Assembly (NCBI RefSeq): GCF_036321535.1
Contig: NC_087436.1
Location: 57,910,001-57,974,000 of the forward strand
From: Camelus dromedarius
Taxonomy: Eukaryota
DNA: 64,000 nucleotides
Direction: 5' to 3'
Shown: piece after piece, positions 38,701 through 51,375 of the stretch
Position numbering within the stretch: the stretch's first letter is position 1
Layout of the letters: the number at the start of each line of letters is the position of its first letter
Notes under the pieces: generated by a model
What the model was told of the DNA's origin: nothing
The model's database searches: none
What the model saw: only the letters and a program-made list of their open reading frames with translations
Position numbers and translations under genes: made by a program

Positions 38701-41134
38701 TCTCTGGAATATTGCACCCTGGCCTTATAGTTTTCACATTTAAAATACTAAAGTGAGATGTTCCTTCATTTTTCAACAGTGATATATTATTCCATATGAC
38801 TCAGATTATGAAATTAAATGTATTTATACCACACTTATTCTAATCTTTTGTTCTATTTATAGTTCATGGGTATCATAACTATAATACTTGAGGTTGTTTT
38901 AATATAATTTTGTTAGCCTTATCAAGATCCAGGCTTGGCTGACTTGATCACAGAGTTTTAACTAAGAAGACAGTGCCCATTTTCTGCCTCGATTGCTGGT
39001 GAGAAGATTGAGACCATCATGGGAAGTGATATCAAAGTTACATGTCTTCATATTTCTCCTGTTGAGGTGAAATCCTCAAGCTAAGAAAGTGGGAAAGGAT
39101 TAGGAAACAGACAGAAACATCTGAATTAGCTTGTGGGATTTTGAGATTCTCAGGGCACTCTTCCCAGGCATACTAGTCCTCAGATCCCAGCCTCTCTGTA
39201 AAGCTCTACACTCACCTCTTAAATTTCAAATATGGTGATGGTGGCACAGAGGGCAGAAACAGAGATGGGCCGAAGCAGTGCTTCTGGCCATGTTCCATGA
39301 GTAACACTCAGGGGGTTGGAAGTTTCTACATGCCCTCTAACAGGATGCAGCTTTTGAGAAAGCCAGAGGCCTAGGGTTCAAGACAAAGAGACCGTCATTT
39401 GCTAGGACTTCCCAAATAAGAGCAAATGAGCACAAATTTTAGAAACATGCAGGACAAACACCAAAAAATAGCAGACGAAACCAGTTGCATGTCTGTGGTC
39501 TCCACTGGCAAAGCGGCCAGTCATCTGGCCCCTTAGCTCTCCCCAACTGTCAAAAAAAAAAAAAAAAAAAAAAAAATGAGTAAGCCCAAGCCTTTACTGG
39601 TGTCCTTCAGAGGGGCTGGGGGTGGCGGTATTTATAAGGAAAGAGACTATTTCAACCAGAAGCATTTGTAACGGCAAAGTTAAAGAGATCCTCACCCTGC
39701 ACACTTTCCCTACTCCTACCTTACATGTTGCGTCCTTGCGAAGAAGATTATGTTAATTATATAATTACTGCCTCTGTTTTGTGTATCTAAGTATGGTGTG
39801 AAAATGTCTGTAACTTCACTAATAAATAATAGATACACTATATAGGTTAAATTTTTTTGCTACTCTAGCCAGATACCACAGCCCTTTTAAAAAATGTAAC
39901 CTTAAGTTATCCCTTCAATTTTCCACTCAAAACACTCAGCATTTGAATAGGTGCAACAGCCTCTCCCTGTAAACTTCCACATAGAGAATTAACTAGCACA
40001 TTAACTAACCAGGTAGGTTATTCAATTTTGAGTAGCTCTAGCTCTTAAAAAATATTTTTGGTACTGAATTGAAAATTACTTCTTTGAAAATTTTACCCAT
40101 AACCCTGCTCTGTCCTCTGTAATAGTGAAAATTATCTAGCTGACATTTCTCTTGACAGAGTATCAGTATCTGAAGACTATTATTACATCTATAAAAGCTC
40201 TTCTCTGAGCTAAACATCCAGGTCATAACTTATAAGACAATCTTCAGATTCTTTGCTATCCTAGGTTCCCTCATGGCTGTTTTGCACCCATGAGAGGAAA
40301 TAAAGATTTTGGATTTTATGTGCATTGCTGCTCCAAAAGCTTTGCATAAGCCCTATGTGTTTCTTCCTCTGTGTGCACAGGAATGTCACACTGGGTCTGG
40401 TGCTGAGGAGTCGCAAGCTAGTGGCATCATTTCCTCAGGTCTGTACAGAATTGGCAGCCAAGGGAATGTGGCACTGAAAAGAGCAACTGCTTCCTCTACT
40501 TCTTACTAAGATGTAAATTGATGGTGCCATTCACCCAAGCAAATGACTTGGGAACAGAGCATTCCTTTGTCATAGAATTGTATGAGGTTGATTTACACCA
40601 GCAGGGTCAAAATTATTTCAAAAGATCTAAATACATATAGTGCTGCCACATTTACTGCTACACTCAACAAATACTTATTACACAACAATCATATTTAGGA
40701 TGTACCCTGGAAAACTAGGGAACTAGCAGTGAACAAGACAGACGACAATCCCCGCCCTTGTGAAACTGACATTCTAGCCATCGTATGTGAGTTTACTTAT
40801 AACTTACAGCTATTGACAAGTGAAGTGAGCCCATTAGGTTCACATTAGGTCACTAAACACACTTAAAGTAATGTTTTTTGGTGCATTTTAAACAATTTTC
40901 AAAGTCACACTTCAATGGATATACTAAACCTAGAAATATATTAATATGCTATAATTGAGAAGGCAGAATTTACTTTTATGAAATATATAAAGGAGACTAA
41001 GGCCTGTAAGTTAATTATTATATATAAAGTAGTTTGAATTTTTTCTTTCCTACAAGGTCCCTTCCACTTTCATTCTTTTCTTTTCTTTGTACGTATGTTA
41101 TGTCACTGGAAATAATGATCCTGACATACAAGAC

Positions 41135-41320
41135 ATATACTGAGGGCTTAATGTGTGTCTGGCATTGTCTTATGTGCAACTTGTGAAGTTTGTAAGCAGT
41201 GCTATATTTCTACTTTGCAGTAGAGAAAACTTATATTTGGAGACGTTAACTCGCTTATTCAGAGGAACATGACAAGTGTCAGAGCTGGGTTTTAAAACCA
41301 CGGTCTGTACAAGTGAAGCA
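41135..41320 (-). mobile_element. MIR SINE
   Basis: TACTGAGGGCTTAATGTGTGTCTGGCATTGT...TTTGCAGTAGAGAAAACT...CAGAGCTGGGTTTTAAAACCA. Confidence 0.7.
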
Positions 41321-42566
41321 TATGGGCCTAAGCAGTTACACTCCTCAGTTTGTACTCTGCACAATATTCTGCATATATGGCTTCTATCCTTCCATATTAT
41401 TCAACTGTCACAAATAGAAGATAACTATTCATTCACGTAACATATCTGCTGAGCACTTACCATGTGCTAGACATTATCTAAGCACTAGAAAGCCTTTATG
41501 AGTGAAGCAAACTCATAAAATCATTTTTTAGAGAAATCCAGTTCCCAGGACTTTGTGTTTAGGAAGCTGTGCTTAAAATCTTTAAGTACCCAGTGATAAA
41601 CACTTAACAATAAAACATTTTAAAATAATTTTTCAAGTCAAAATATAAATAGCTTTGCATTTTTTTTTTCAGATTGCAAAGAATACAAATAGTAAAGGGT
41701 TAAGAAGCTTATTTAATGTCTTATAAAAAAAAAAGCAGGAAACTAGAATGGAAATAAGATCCTTTAGAGAAGACAATAAATCTGCCTTTAGCATTTCCTC
41801 CCCTGCAGCTGGGCCACCTCCCTCTCTGCTCTGCTGTTGGTAGCCAGCCTGGAGCAGTCAGCTAATGGCTCCCAGCATGAAGCCAGCAGTCTTAATGTCC
41901 TCTCTTCTCTCCCCACAAGTTCTAGCAGCAGCTCCTGAAGAAGTGATCAGAGCACTTCTAGTTTCACTGTTTCAGTTTTTCCATGAGCATTAAACTGCCA
42001 AAAGAATTATATTTTCTTTTCCAAAAAGTCTGACATTAAAAGGATTGTTCTGAGATTATGCTTGATCTAGGTATAAATTTTTCTCATAGAAAGTGTCAAG
42101 TGTCACATAGGTAGATGAGAAAATATCTGATGGGCATAAATTACTCCACAGGTAATCTTTATAGAACGCATATATTCCCTGTATCAGAAAAAGGCTTTCC
42201 TATACTTTATATAACATCCATTAGCCATTTTTCTAGAATGAAAAACATTACATCTACAGCTCACTTTTAGACGATTTTTTTCCTGCAAATAAAAAGTAAG
42301 TTACTAGCAATATATCTTTACATAAAGGTTATAAACTTCATTTTCTATTGCACTGATAATACATATAGGCCTCATTATAAATGTGCAAACCTCTGGTCAC
42401 TTTTCTTATAACTCTGTTCTTTAGTCTAAGGCTGCTTTTCAAAACTACCAAAAAGCTTTACTCAATTCTTTTATATTTTTTTAAAGTTATCAAATTTCAT
42501 CATAATAAAACACTGAACTGAAGATATATGGCATAAACCTTTACAGAATACATTTGTATTTATTCT

Positions 42567-43070
42567 TTTTTAAAGTATTTTCTTTAACTGAAGTACAGTC
42601 AGTTACATTGCATCAATTTCTGGTGTACAGCACAATGTCCCAGTCATGCATATATATACATATACTCATTTTCATAGTCTTATACATTAAAGGTTATTGC
42701 AAGATATGGAATATAGTTCCCTGTGCTATACAGAAGAAATTTGTTTTTTTAAATCTATTTTTATATGTAGTGGCTAACATTTATACAATGGAATACTATT
42801 CAGTCATAAAAAAGAATAAAATAATGCCATTTGCCACAACATGGATGGACCTGGAGATCGTCATTCTAAGTGAATGAAGTAAGCTAGAAAGAGAAAGAAA
42901 AATACCATGTGATATCTCTTTGGAATCTAAAAAAAAAAAAAAGAAAATAGAGAACACTAATAAACTTATCTACAAAACAGAAACAGACTTGCAGACATAA
43001 TAAATAATCTTATGATTACTGGAGGAAAGGGAGTCGGAAGGGATAAATTGGGGAGTCTGAGATTTTCAAA
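42567..43070 (-). mobile_element. L1 3' end with 5' inversion and 16-bp TSD
   Basis: Antisense 3'UTR at 42567-42781 and sense piece at 42782-43070. TSD CATTTGTATTTATTCT (42551-42566) / CATTGGTATTTATTCT (43071-43086). Confidence 0.9.
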
Positions 43071-43439
43071 CATTGGTATTTATTCTCATTAGATTTTCAA
43101 TCACTCTACATCCAAAAACCAGTTGCTCTTCTTTTTACTTTAGAAAATTATCTGAACGTCAGGAAACTTAATGCTTTGCAGCATTTCCAAAATCGAGAAT
43201 AGTTACTAGCACATAGAAGGTACTCAATAAATATTTATAATCATGTGAATAAATGAGATAAAAGCCACAAATGAAACATACTGTATTATTCCTACTTCTT
43301 ACCAATGAAAAATCATAGTAGCTAAGCAAGCTTGACAAAACATTGTACTTAGATAGAACAATATTTATAAATCTACAACAATTGTTTCCTAAAAGATACC
43401 ATCTCTTAAATATGTGTAGCAGCTCTTTTCTTGGTAGTT

Positions 43440-43525
43440 CTTTTTCTCTTTCTCTCTTGTTCTGCCTCAGTCTGTTTCTCTCTCAGTCTCTCTCTCTCTC
43501 TTCCTCTCTCTTTCACACACACATA
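43440..43525. repeat. CT-rich low-complexity tract followed by (CA)n
   Basis: Direct reading. Confidence 0.75.
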
Positions 43526-43657
43526 CAACATAGAAAGAATCCTGAGTTTCATTCCAATTCTTTATGCACAAGAATCCATATAATTGGAACATAAATTCTG
43601 TTTGAAGATCACACATGAAAACTTTTCATTCGTCAGTGTCTCCAAGCACCACGCATG

Positions 43658-44133
43658 TGAAAGGGAGCAGAGTATGGGACTCCAAAATGTGTCACATTGG
43701 CATGTGGGTTATTTTGAACTGAAGGCAATCAAGATGCAGCAGACTCAAGATAAACTTTTACCTTTCCTTTAACTACCTAAGAAGAATTTAGATACGGGGT
43801 CTGGCTCAGAGAGAGAGCTATTATTAGGAATAATCTTTATCTGAATGACCTATCTGTATGGCAAGGCAAACATCTAATTATCAAATATCTGCTCTTTTAT
43901 TGTCCTGTGAATTACCCTCTTCCCCTCTGAAGCCGCAGGCCCCTATCCCATTGGTTAGCTCAGGATGTCATGTAAGCCTCCACTGCCTGACTTGCCCTTG
44001 GGTCTTATATTTTGTGGAGCTCCCATACGTATGAAGTTAAATTTTTCTCCTGTTAATCTATCTTACGCCAATTTAATTATCAGACCAGCCAAAGAACCTA
44101 GAAGGGAAGAAGGAAAAGTCTTCCTCCCCAACA
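43658..44133 (+). mobile_element. ERV1 solo LTR (MER34-like)
   Basis: TGAAAGGG...CCAAAATGTGTCACATTGGCATGTGGGTTATTTTGAACTGAAGGCAAT...TTTCTCCTGTTAATCT...CTTCCTCCCCAACA. TSD CATG/CATT. Confidence 0.85.
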
Positions 44134-44819
44134 CATTATTTCTCAAAGGCTGGGTTTGCATGGGCGCTTGCAGGATGCTGCTTTCATCACTGACTCAGGT
44201 TTTATCAGAATTGGATTGCACTCTTTATTTCCAAATCCCTTGATTTAAATTCTATACCAAATAAAAATCCAAATACATTACCAAATAGAGTTAACTCTCA
44301 TGTCACTATTAGTTTAGTTTAGTTTAGACTTCATGAATAAAATTAGTTTGCGATTGATTATGAGAATATAAACATGCAGCTGGGACTGTAAAGGGGTTTT
44401 CCTGACAGAGGGGAAAAGTAGAGTTAAAATATTCAGTCTTGGGTCTCCTACATAATTCATACCACTTCTGGAACTGAGTGCATTATTTTTCAAGTGATTC
44501 AATACAATTAAAAAATTGATCAGATTTGAACTGAGAATTTGTTTGCAGTTTTCAAGACTATTACACATATGTATACCCTTTTGTCTATCTTGAGCCCTGA
44601 GGGAAAAGAGGGAGGTAAAAATCAAAGAGACTATAATCACATAACTACATTACAGTAGATCATCATTGTAGACAGAAGACCATAGAGGGGATAGTGTGGA
44701 GAGCTGCTAGCTTAGGAACTCAATGCAGATTTAAGGCATGAAAATCCTGTGGCTAATCAATTCAGAGTACTGTAATGTCTCTACTTTCCTCCTTCATTTT
44801 TATTCCTCTCTATCCTCCT

Positions 44820-45200
44820 TCCTTTCTTGATTTATTCAAAAAATAACAACTATTGGAAACCTAATATGTGCTAGACACTGTTCATATGCTAGAAACATAG
44901 TAGTAAAAAACAGGCAGAAATTCCCTTTTTAACAAAGCTTGTATTACAGTGATTGGAGAAAAAGATAATTCACAAATAAATAACTAAAATATATGCCACA
45001 ACATATGTTAGTAAGTGCCATGGGGTGTGGGTGATTGGGGATGGGTCTCCCTAAGGTTGCAACATTTGAGATCTGGATAGCAAGAAGGAGGCAGCCATGT
45101 GGAAATCAGAATAAAAAGCACTCTAGGAAGACAGTACAGCTATTGCAATATCTGTAAGTGAGAAACAAGCCTGGTGTGTTCAAGGAACAGAATTAAGGTC
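44820..45200 (-). mobile_element. L2 fragment
   Basis: TATGTGCTAGACACTGTTC, TAAGTGCCATGG, AGCCATGTGGAAATC and GTGTTCAAGGAACAG. Confidence 0.75.
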
Positions 45201-45824
45201 AGCAAAGGTAGGAGAGGCTCTGATAGTTTTGTTTAGGCCTGTGGTTCACATTTTAAGGCTTATCCACCACATCCCACTTCCTCCTGATAGTTTGTCTTTG
45301 CCTTTGTCACTGCAACCAGATGATTAATGGTGCTTTTTATGAGTACTCTAGCAAATACATCATTTTAGACTTTTATTGGGCACAAAGCACAAAGAGTATG
45401 CCATTTCAGCCTCCAGTATTTTGATGAAGAAATATTGTTATTTACTCTAAGTAACAGAAACCATTTATTTTTAAATATGAAAACTATGAAAAAAAAAAAA
45501 AAACCCAACCTGGTTTGACCTGACTCGGTGTTTATCTTTCCCCTTGTCATTTACAGGTTGCTTCTGGACTTCTCATGACCTTGAACTGCCTCTGACTCAT
45601 TAAAAGAGTTTGATTCCGAGTGTTAATCCTCACACAGGAAACTTCCCTTCACCCCTTAGCGGAAGCCACAGATTACACCTTGCTCTCCTGAGTCATACTG
45701 CCTCTCTCACATCTACTTTTTAGAGCCAAAGGCCTTCACAGACCATACAGTTAATTTCCCCCCATGTGACAATTTCTCCTCTGTATGTACTTTTTCTACT
45801 CTTTGTGAAGCAAAGAGTGAAAGG

Positions 45825-45975
45825 GGTTGGAGTCAGAAAGGCTTTGGTATAAGGACTGGCTCTTGTCCTTTTCAATGCTATGATCTTGGGCCATTTATTT
45901 ATTAACTTCTTTAAGCTTCAGTTTTTTCCTTAAAGAAGATAATTATAAGACACAATGAGTTTATATATGTAAAGA
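45825..45975 (+). mobile_element. MIR remnant
   Basis: TTGGAGTCAGAAAG...GCTATGATCTTGGGC...TAAGCTTCAGTTTTTTC. Confidence 0.65.
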
Positions 45976-46023
45976 ATACAGTAGATTTCCAAGCATCAGA
46001 ACAACATATGCATTACCTGCTAC

Positions 46024-46062
46024 CCTCATCTTCCTCATCTTCCTCATCTTCATTTTCATCAT
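46024..46062. repeat. (CCTCATCTT)n 9-bp tandem repeat
   Basis: Three perfect copies followed by degenerate TTCAT units. Confidence 0.8.
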
Positions 46063-46082
46063 TTGCATACCTTTTCCTTAGA

Positions 46083-46215
46083 GCAATGGTTCTCAAAGTA
46101 TTGTCCCTGGACCAGCAGTGAGTGTTCCCTGGCAATGCAAATTCTCTGAAGTGGGCCCTAGGAATCTATGTTTCGCCAAACCATCCTGGTGATTCAGATG
46201 CATGCCAATGTCGCA
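46083..46215. mobile_element. MER5A-like MITE, internally deleted
   Basis: CAATGGTTCTCAAAGT...GGACCAGCAG...AATGCAAATTCTC...GGTGATTCAGATGCATGC. Confidence 0.75.
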
Positions 46216-47217
46216 TTAGAGAAAATACATTACATTATTATGTTTGTTCCTAGCTGTTCATAATTAAATTCCTTAGATGTGCTGGAGTAAGTAGCTCAGA
46301 AATTGTAATATCTTTAAAAAAAACTTCCTAGACAATTATTTTAAACAAAATTACTTATATTTAGGACAAAGCTCATATGCAATGCAAGTAAAAGATAGAA
46401 AAACAAAATGTATTTTTTTCTCTCAGAGATAACTCTAGTTGCATTCAAATGTCAGAATAATCCTCTGAAAATTCTCAAAGAAGTCAAAGAAGGCATAATT
46501 GCTCCTAGGAAGTTTTCATACTGGCTTGAAGTCTTATAAAAACTTAACCATAAAATGAAATTGTGTCACTTAATGATATATGTGATTTTTTTATAATCTC
46601 AGAAATTAGATGTATCACTTTAAAGTGCAATGTAGTAATAAATATATGAAACTGCCAACTTTATCAAAGTTCAAACTTTTTGGCTGAAGAGGCCACTAGG
46701 ATTTACATGAAACATAGTAGAAATCTTTTTTTTTTTTTTTACAATTCCCCTTAATATGTGAAGTTTACATCCTCTATTCCATGACATACTGGCCTCTTAC
46801 ATAAGGATGGTAACATAAGCTGCATCAGCAGAACATATTCACATCTAATACGGTCTCTAGAATGTTTGATTTTTGTGCAAACTCTGGTATATTCATGAAA
46901 TAATTAATAAGGGATGTGACAATTAAGAATAAAATCTGTAGCTGCAATGCAGGATAAATTCATCTAAGAGTAGTCTGCCTTTTGGTCCTGTTCTAAAGCA
47001 GTGGTTTTTAACTTCTTTTTTTTTTTTTCAGGAGAACATTTTTTACCAATCTCGTAAGAAACAAAAATATAAAAATATACAGGATTGTTTCAACCAATAT
47101 TAGCATAAAATTATTTCACTTACAGTTCAAATGCATATCTATTCTTACTTTAAATTCAATCAAAGGGAATTAGGTTTCCTTGGATAAAAATGAAAAAGGT
47201 GAAACTGAATATCACAT

Positions 47218-47728
47218 TGTCAGAGACAATTCTCCATGCATTGCTTGTATTTATTTTTGCACATCTTACGAGCAAGACACTTACTGTCCTTTTGCTTCAA
47301 ACTATCTTTGCGAAGGTATCTGCATAGCAAACAGCCTTGGAAGATAGAGGTAATGTCTGTCTCCAGAGCAAAGGGCATATTTGTTTACTATTAGTAAAAT
47401 AAAGATAAAGTCACCCTCTGGGGCAAAGAGAGTATCATCTTTCATCCTATTATAAAAAGATACGAGTTCGCTAAGTGAGGGTTCCTCAGCTGTGATGCAA
47501 ACCTGCTATTCGTACAAGATCCACCCAAGTCTTCCACGTTGCCCCGTGTAACCTGGGGGCATACGGAACCAATACAAATGCTAACACTGGGCTACTACCA
47601 TCTCCTTTGAGTAATAAAATCCTCTGACTCTGACCCAGGAAAGCTGTCTCTTTGCTTTTGTCCATAAAACACTGTCAGGCTAAATTTTCAGCTTGCATGC
47701 AGGTACTTCATACGATATACATGTGACA
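47218..47728 (+). mobile_element. ERV1 solo LTR (MER89/MER90-like)
   Basis: TGTCAGAGACAATTCTCCATG...AACAGCCTTGGAAGATAGAG...TATAAAA...AATAAA...TCTGACCCAGGA...GACA. Confidence 0.75.
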
Positions 47729-49653
47729 AACACAGTCATATTTGAGCCTCATAATTCTTTCAGTCTGTTTCTGTATTTTGATTTGGTTGAATATTTTTCA
47801 GAAGTGAATCTAGTTTACACAGGTACATATCTGCTAGTAGTGACTGTACTGTAGTCGCTCCCATAGCAATTTAAATATCTCTCAAAGAACTAACAGGGAA
47901 AATTGAAAAAAAAGGAGCCGTAGGCATTTTGTTTTAAATATTAAATCATAAATATTGTTTACTGTCTAAATTTTTTACTATATGTGTAAAATTCAAAGAA
48001 GCCTTCCTGAAACTTGTAATACACACTAACCCCATTCATGACATAGTACAATACAACAAAAAGCCCATTAAATCTCCATTGTACAAAATTTTACCAAAAC
48101 CATTGTTTTTTTAACCAGTTATGTGTTAATTTGACAGCATTATATATTGTATATCGATGTTTTTGTAATAATTTTAACACATGTATTTCAAATAAAAGAG
48201 AAATCATATATTTGAAAAAAAACTTTAAGAATCTCTTCTGTACCCTAGTTTTCTGTTTTAAGTCTGCAAATAACATTGCTTTCAATTCTCCTTTCATGAA
48301 GATACTTCAGGAGGTTAAAATAGCAGTTTGGTCATATTTCCTCCCTATCTGAGTTCAAGTCACTGCCAGGATATTGAGAACTAGGACCTCCTGCAGCTGG
48401 CTCCCAGGCCACAGGACAAAACTAGAGATTTTTGGTTCAGGAGGAGCTCTTATGCAACTTGTTTAAATAAAATTTATCTCAAGATTAAAAAAGAAATTGA
48501 AAGACTGCGTGAGTGGTTTTAAATTATAATCAGTCTCAGATACATATTAATTAAAACAATAGAAAATAAATTTAAAAATACAATGGAAAGAATTAGCAAT
48601 AAAAAATAAATAGAACAAGTAGCAAGAAATAACAGAAATCTATCAATATAGAAACCTGAATATAAAATTAAACTTTATTTCAAAAAAACTGAATTGTGGA
48701 AAATAAGAAAATTTAAATGTATTCTCTCCAGCAGAAGTGCTAAAACTTTGTAAATAAAGCAAACAGACAGTTCTCCAGAGACTAAAGCAATTTGTCAAAA
48801 TGTGAGGTGAATATAATTTTATGTTTGAGGTGAGGTTTTTCTGTGACCTTACTGAAACACCTAGAATCCCTAGGAGTAGAAAGGGACTTCAGCGCAAAAG
48901 CAACACTTCCTTAACAGTCTCTTAAAATATTTAGCCATAAAGTTTTGTCTATTCTGGGAACCTAGAGCATAATCTTACTCAATTTAAGGGAAAGGTGTTA
49001 ATTAACTTAGACCTTTTAATTTCAATATTTTAAAATATGCTTCAAGTACTAGAAAGTTTGGCTCAGAGAAGAGTTATTTTATAACACCAAGTTAACATGG
49101 CTATACAAAATTCTAGTCTACGTATCGCCACTGTATCCTGGCTTTTTTGGTAACGTATCAGTTACATTTCTAATGGCAGCCTCAAAATTTCCATGACCGA
49201 AGGTACATGAAGGTAAGGGATGGTGTATGGGTTGAGGAGATACATGAGGTTGTATTTTTATTGCATTTCCATAAATGGAGCAAATGTTAATTGCCCATAT
49301 CAAACACAGCATGGAATCTTATGGAGATAAAGGGATGGTAGAGTTTACTATTAAGCCTCTACTTGACATTTTTCTTATAACTTGTTTCATAACTTTTGTC
49401 TATATATAGAGTTCAAACTTGTACTTTATTAGGAAGAAAGGATCTATTGCTTAGTTTCCCTCCTTTATAGTCAGTGTACAATTACTTAGAATATTATTAC
49501 ACTCATAATTGATCACCCAAGACAAATCCAGACATATTTTATGTGCTTCTTATTTTCATAACATTAACTGTTTTCTCATAATGTTTGGCTTCCCATCATA
49601 TAAATGATTTGTGAAATTTTATATTCTGTATGTGACTCCAATACACTTAGAAC

Positions 49654-49656
<3 letters not shown>

Positions 49657-49705
<49 letters not shown>

Positions 49706-49710
49706 TGTGT
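49657..49710. repeat. (GA)n(GT)n compound microsatellite
   Basis: About 23 GA units followed by a short GT run. Confidence 0.95.
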
Positions 49711-49794
49711 TTCCAGTCTAGTTTCTTAGTGAAAAAAAAAAAAAAAAGACAATATAGTAAAATTTACTTAAAATGGAAAGGGTCTTCTAGGAGC

Positions 49795-50900
49795 CCGAGG
49801 ACATCATAGTCTAGTCAGTCAGTAGACCAGCAAGGTATAGGTGACCTGAAAAAGGTGACTGCAACACAAGCCATGTGTGCTGTAAGAGGAGAACATGGAC
49901 TGTAGAAACACACAAGGGGAAGCACCTGACTAGACATGGGAAGAATCTGGAAAAGCTTTCAGGAATCTTTCATTTGGCTCTCCAGCTCTATCTCCACCTT
50001 TCTCAGCTGGCAGATTATGTGGACCATGTGAACAGCTCCCAAGCCTCTGACTTCGAGGAGGTTCAGTCAACAGGGAGCCCCAGAGCTGGATTGGACTAAG
50101 CAAGATGAATATATTCACTGAATTTATTATTTTAGCCCAGGTTATTGCATTACCATTTGTGTGTTACCTATATTCTGCCTAAATTTTTGTAAATAGATCC
50201 TTCTTCAAATATTTGAGTGATCTGAGTGTGAAATCTCTTTCTGGTTGGAACCCTGATTTAGAAAAACCTGAGTCTTGAGGAATAAATAGGAGAGCAAAGA
50301 ATTTTTGAGGGAACTATAAGAGGTATTGAGTAAATAAAAGAAAGTTGCAGGAGATGGAGGTACAAAGGATGTATATGCATTTTATGGAGACGATCCCAAA
50401 GACAATAAAGAACTATTAAAAGATTTCAGGTAAAGTAGTGATATAATCCTGTTTGCATTTTAGAAAGACTACTTGTGCATCCATTTAGAAAAGGGTTTTG
50501 GAGGGAAGCTAGACTTAGACCAATTAGCAACCTAAAGTAATAAGCTAGTAAGAGAAACAGTGATGGAGAAAGAAGAGAACTTGGAGAACAGCGAGGTCAT
50601 GTGAGGTCTGAGGGGAAGGCGACTCCTAGTTGTCTGGTTTAGATAACTGAGTAAATAGAGGTGTAATTAATCAACTGAGGAAGTAGTTTGAATAGCATCT
50701 GAAGTGAAGGTTCATGAGTCAATTTGACAGTAAGATGTCAGAGTAGTATTCAGGTTAGGATATAAGAAGCAGATTAATGTGTCAAATATTTTGGCTGGAC
50801 ATACTGTAACGCAGCAATATAGAGATTTGAAGAAGTATTAGTGGTTCAATTAGAAGTAGTAAACACAAGTAATAGAGCATGAAGGGCATAATGCATCAGT
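49795..50900. mobile_element. Decayed L2 with an ERVL-type (LTR33-like) LTR at about 49965-50262
   Basis: L2 motifs TTTGCATTTTAGAAAGACTACT and TTAACTGAGG-like segments. LTR tail TGAGTGTGAAATCTCTTTCTGGTTGGAACCCTGA. Confidence 0.5.
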
Positions 50901-51169
50901 AAGTGTCTACAGGGAAGCAAATAAGAAAGGACGTAAGATGTACAAAAGTGCTATCCATGAAAGTTCAAGCATATCACATTCAAAGAGAACCCTGAGTCAA
51001 GTGGATAGGTTCACTAGAGATATTCTCAGAGGTACTGCTACCCTAATTTACCTATTGTCTGTGACACTGTACCAAGATTCTACCAACACAAAAGCTTATT
51101 ATGGCTTAATAGTGTTTTAAACCATGGTTAATAAAATCATAAGCAAACACAAGGAAAAGCACAAGAATA

Positions 51170-51375
51170 GCACATATTTGAGTTTTTAGATATCAAACAC
51201 TATTTTAAGCATTTTACATAGATTTAATTTTCTATTCCTGTAAAAAATTACGAGATGTTGGTAAGTATTATTATTAACTCCATTTTGCCAGTGAGGGAAA
51301 TGAGGCTCAGACAGGCTCAAGGTCACACAGAAAGTATATGAAGAACCCAGGAAATCTGACTACATAGCAGTAAAT
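51170..51375 (-). mobile_element. MIR SINE
   Basis: CATTTTGCCAGTGAGGGAAATGAGGCTCAGA...CAAGGTCACACAG...GAACCCAGGAAATCTGACT. Confidence 0.85.

Noticed and set aside
39552..39576. Poly(A) run as a possible retroposon tail
   Set aside because: No upstream element body, poly(A) signal or TSD was found. The same applies to the A-runs near 16698 and 19637.
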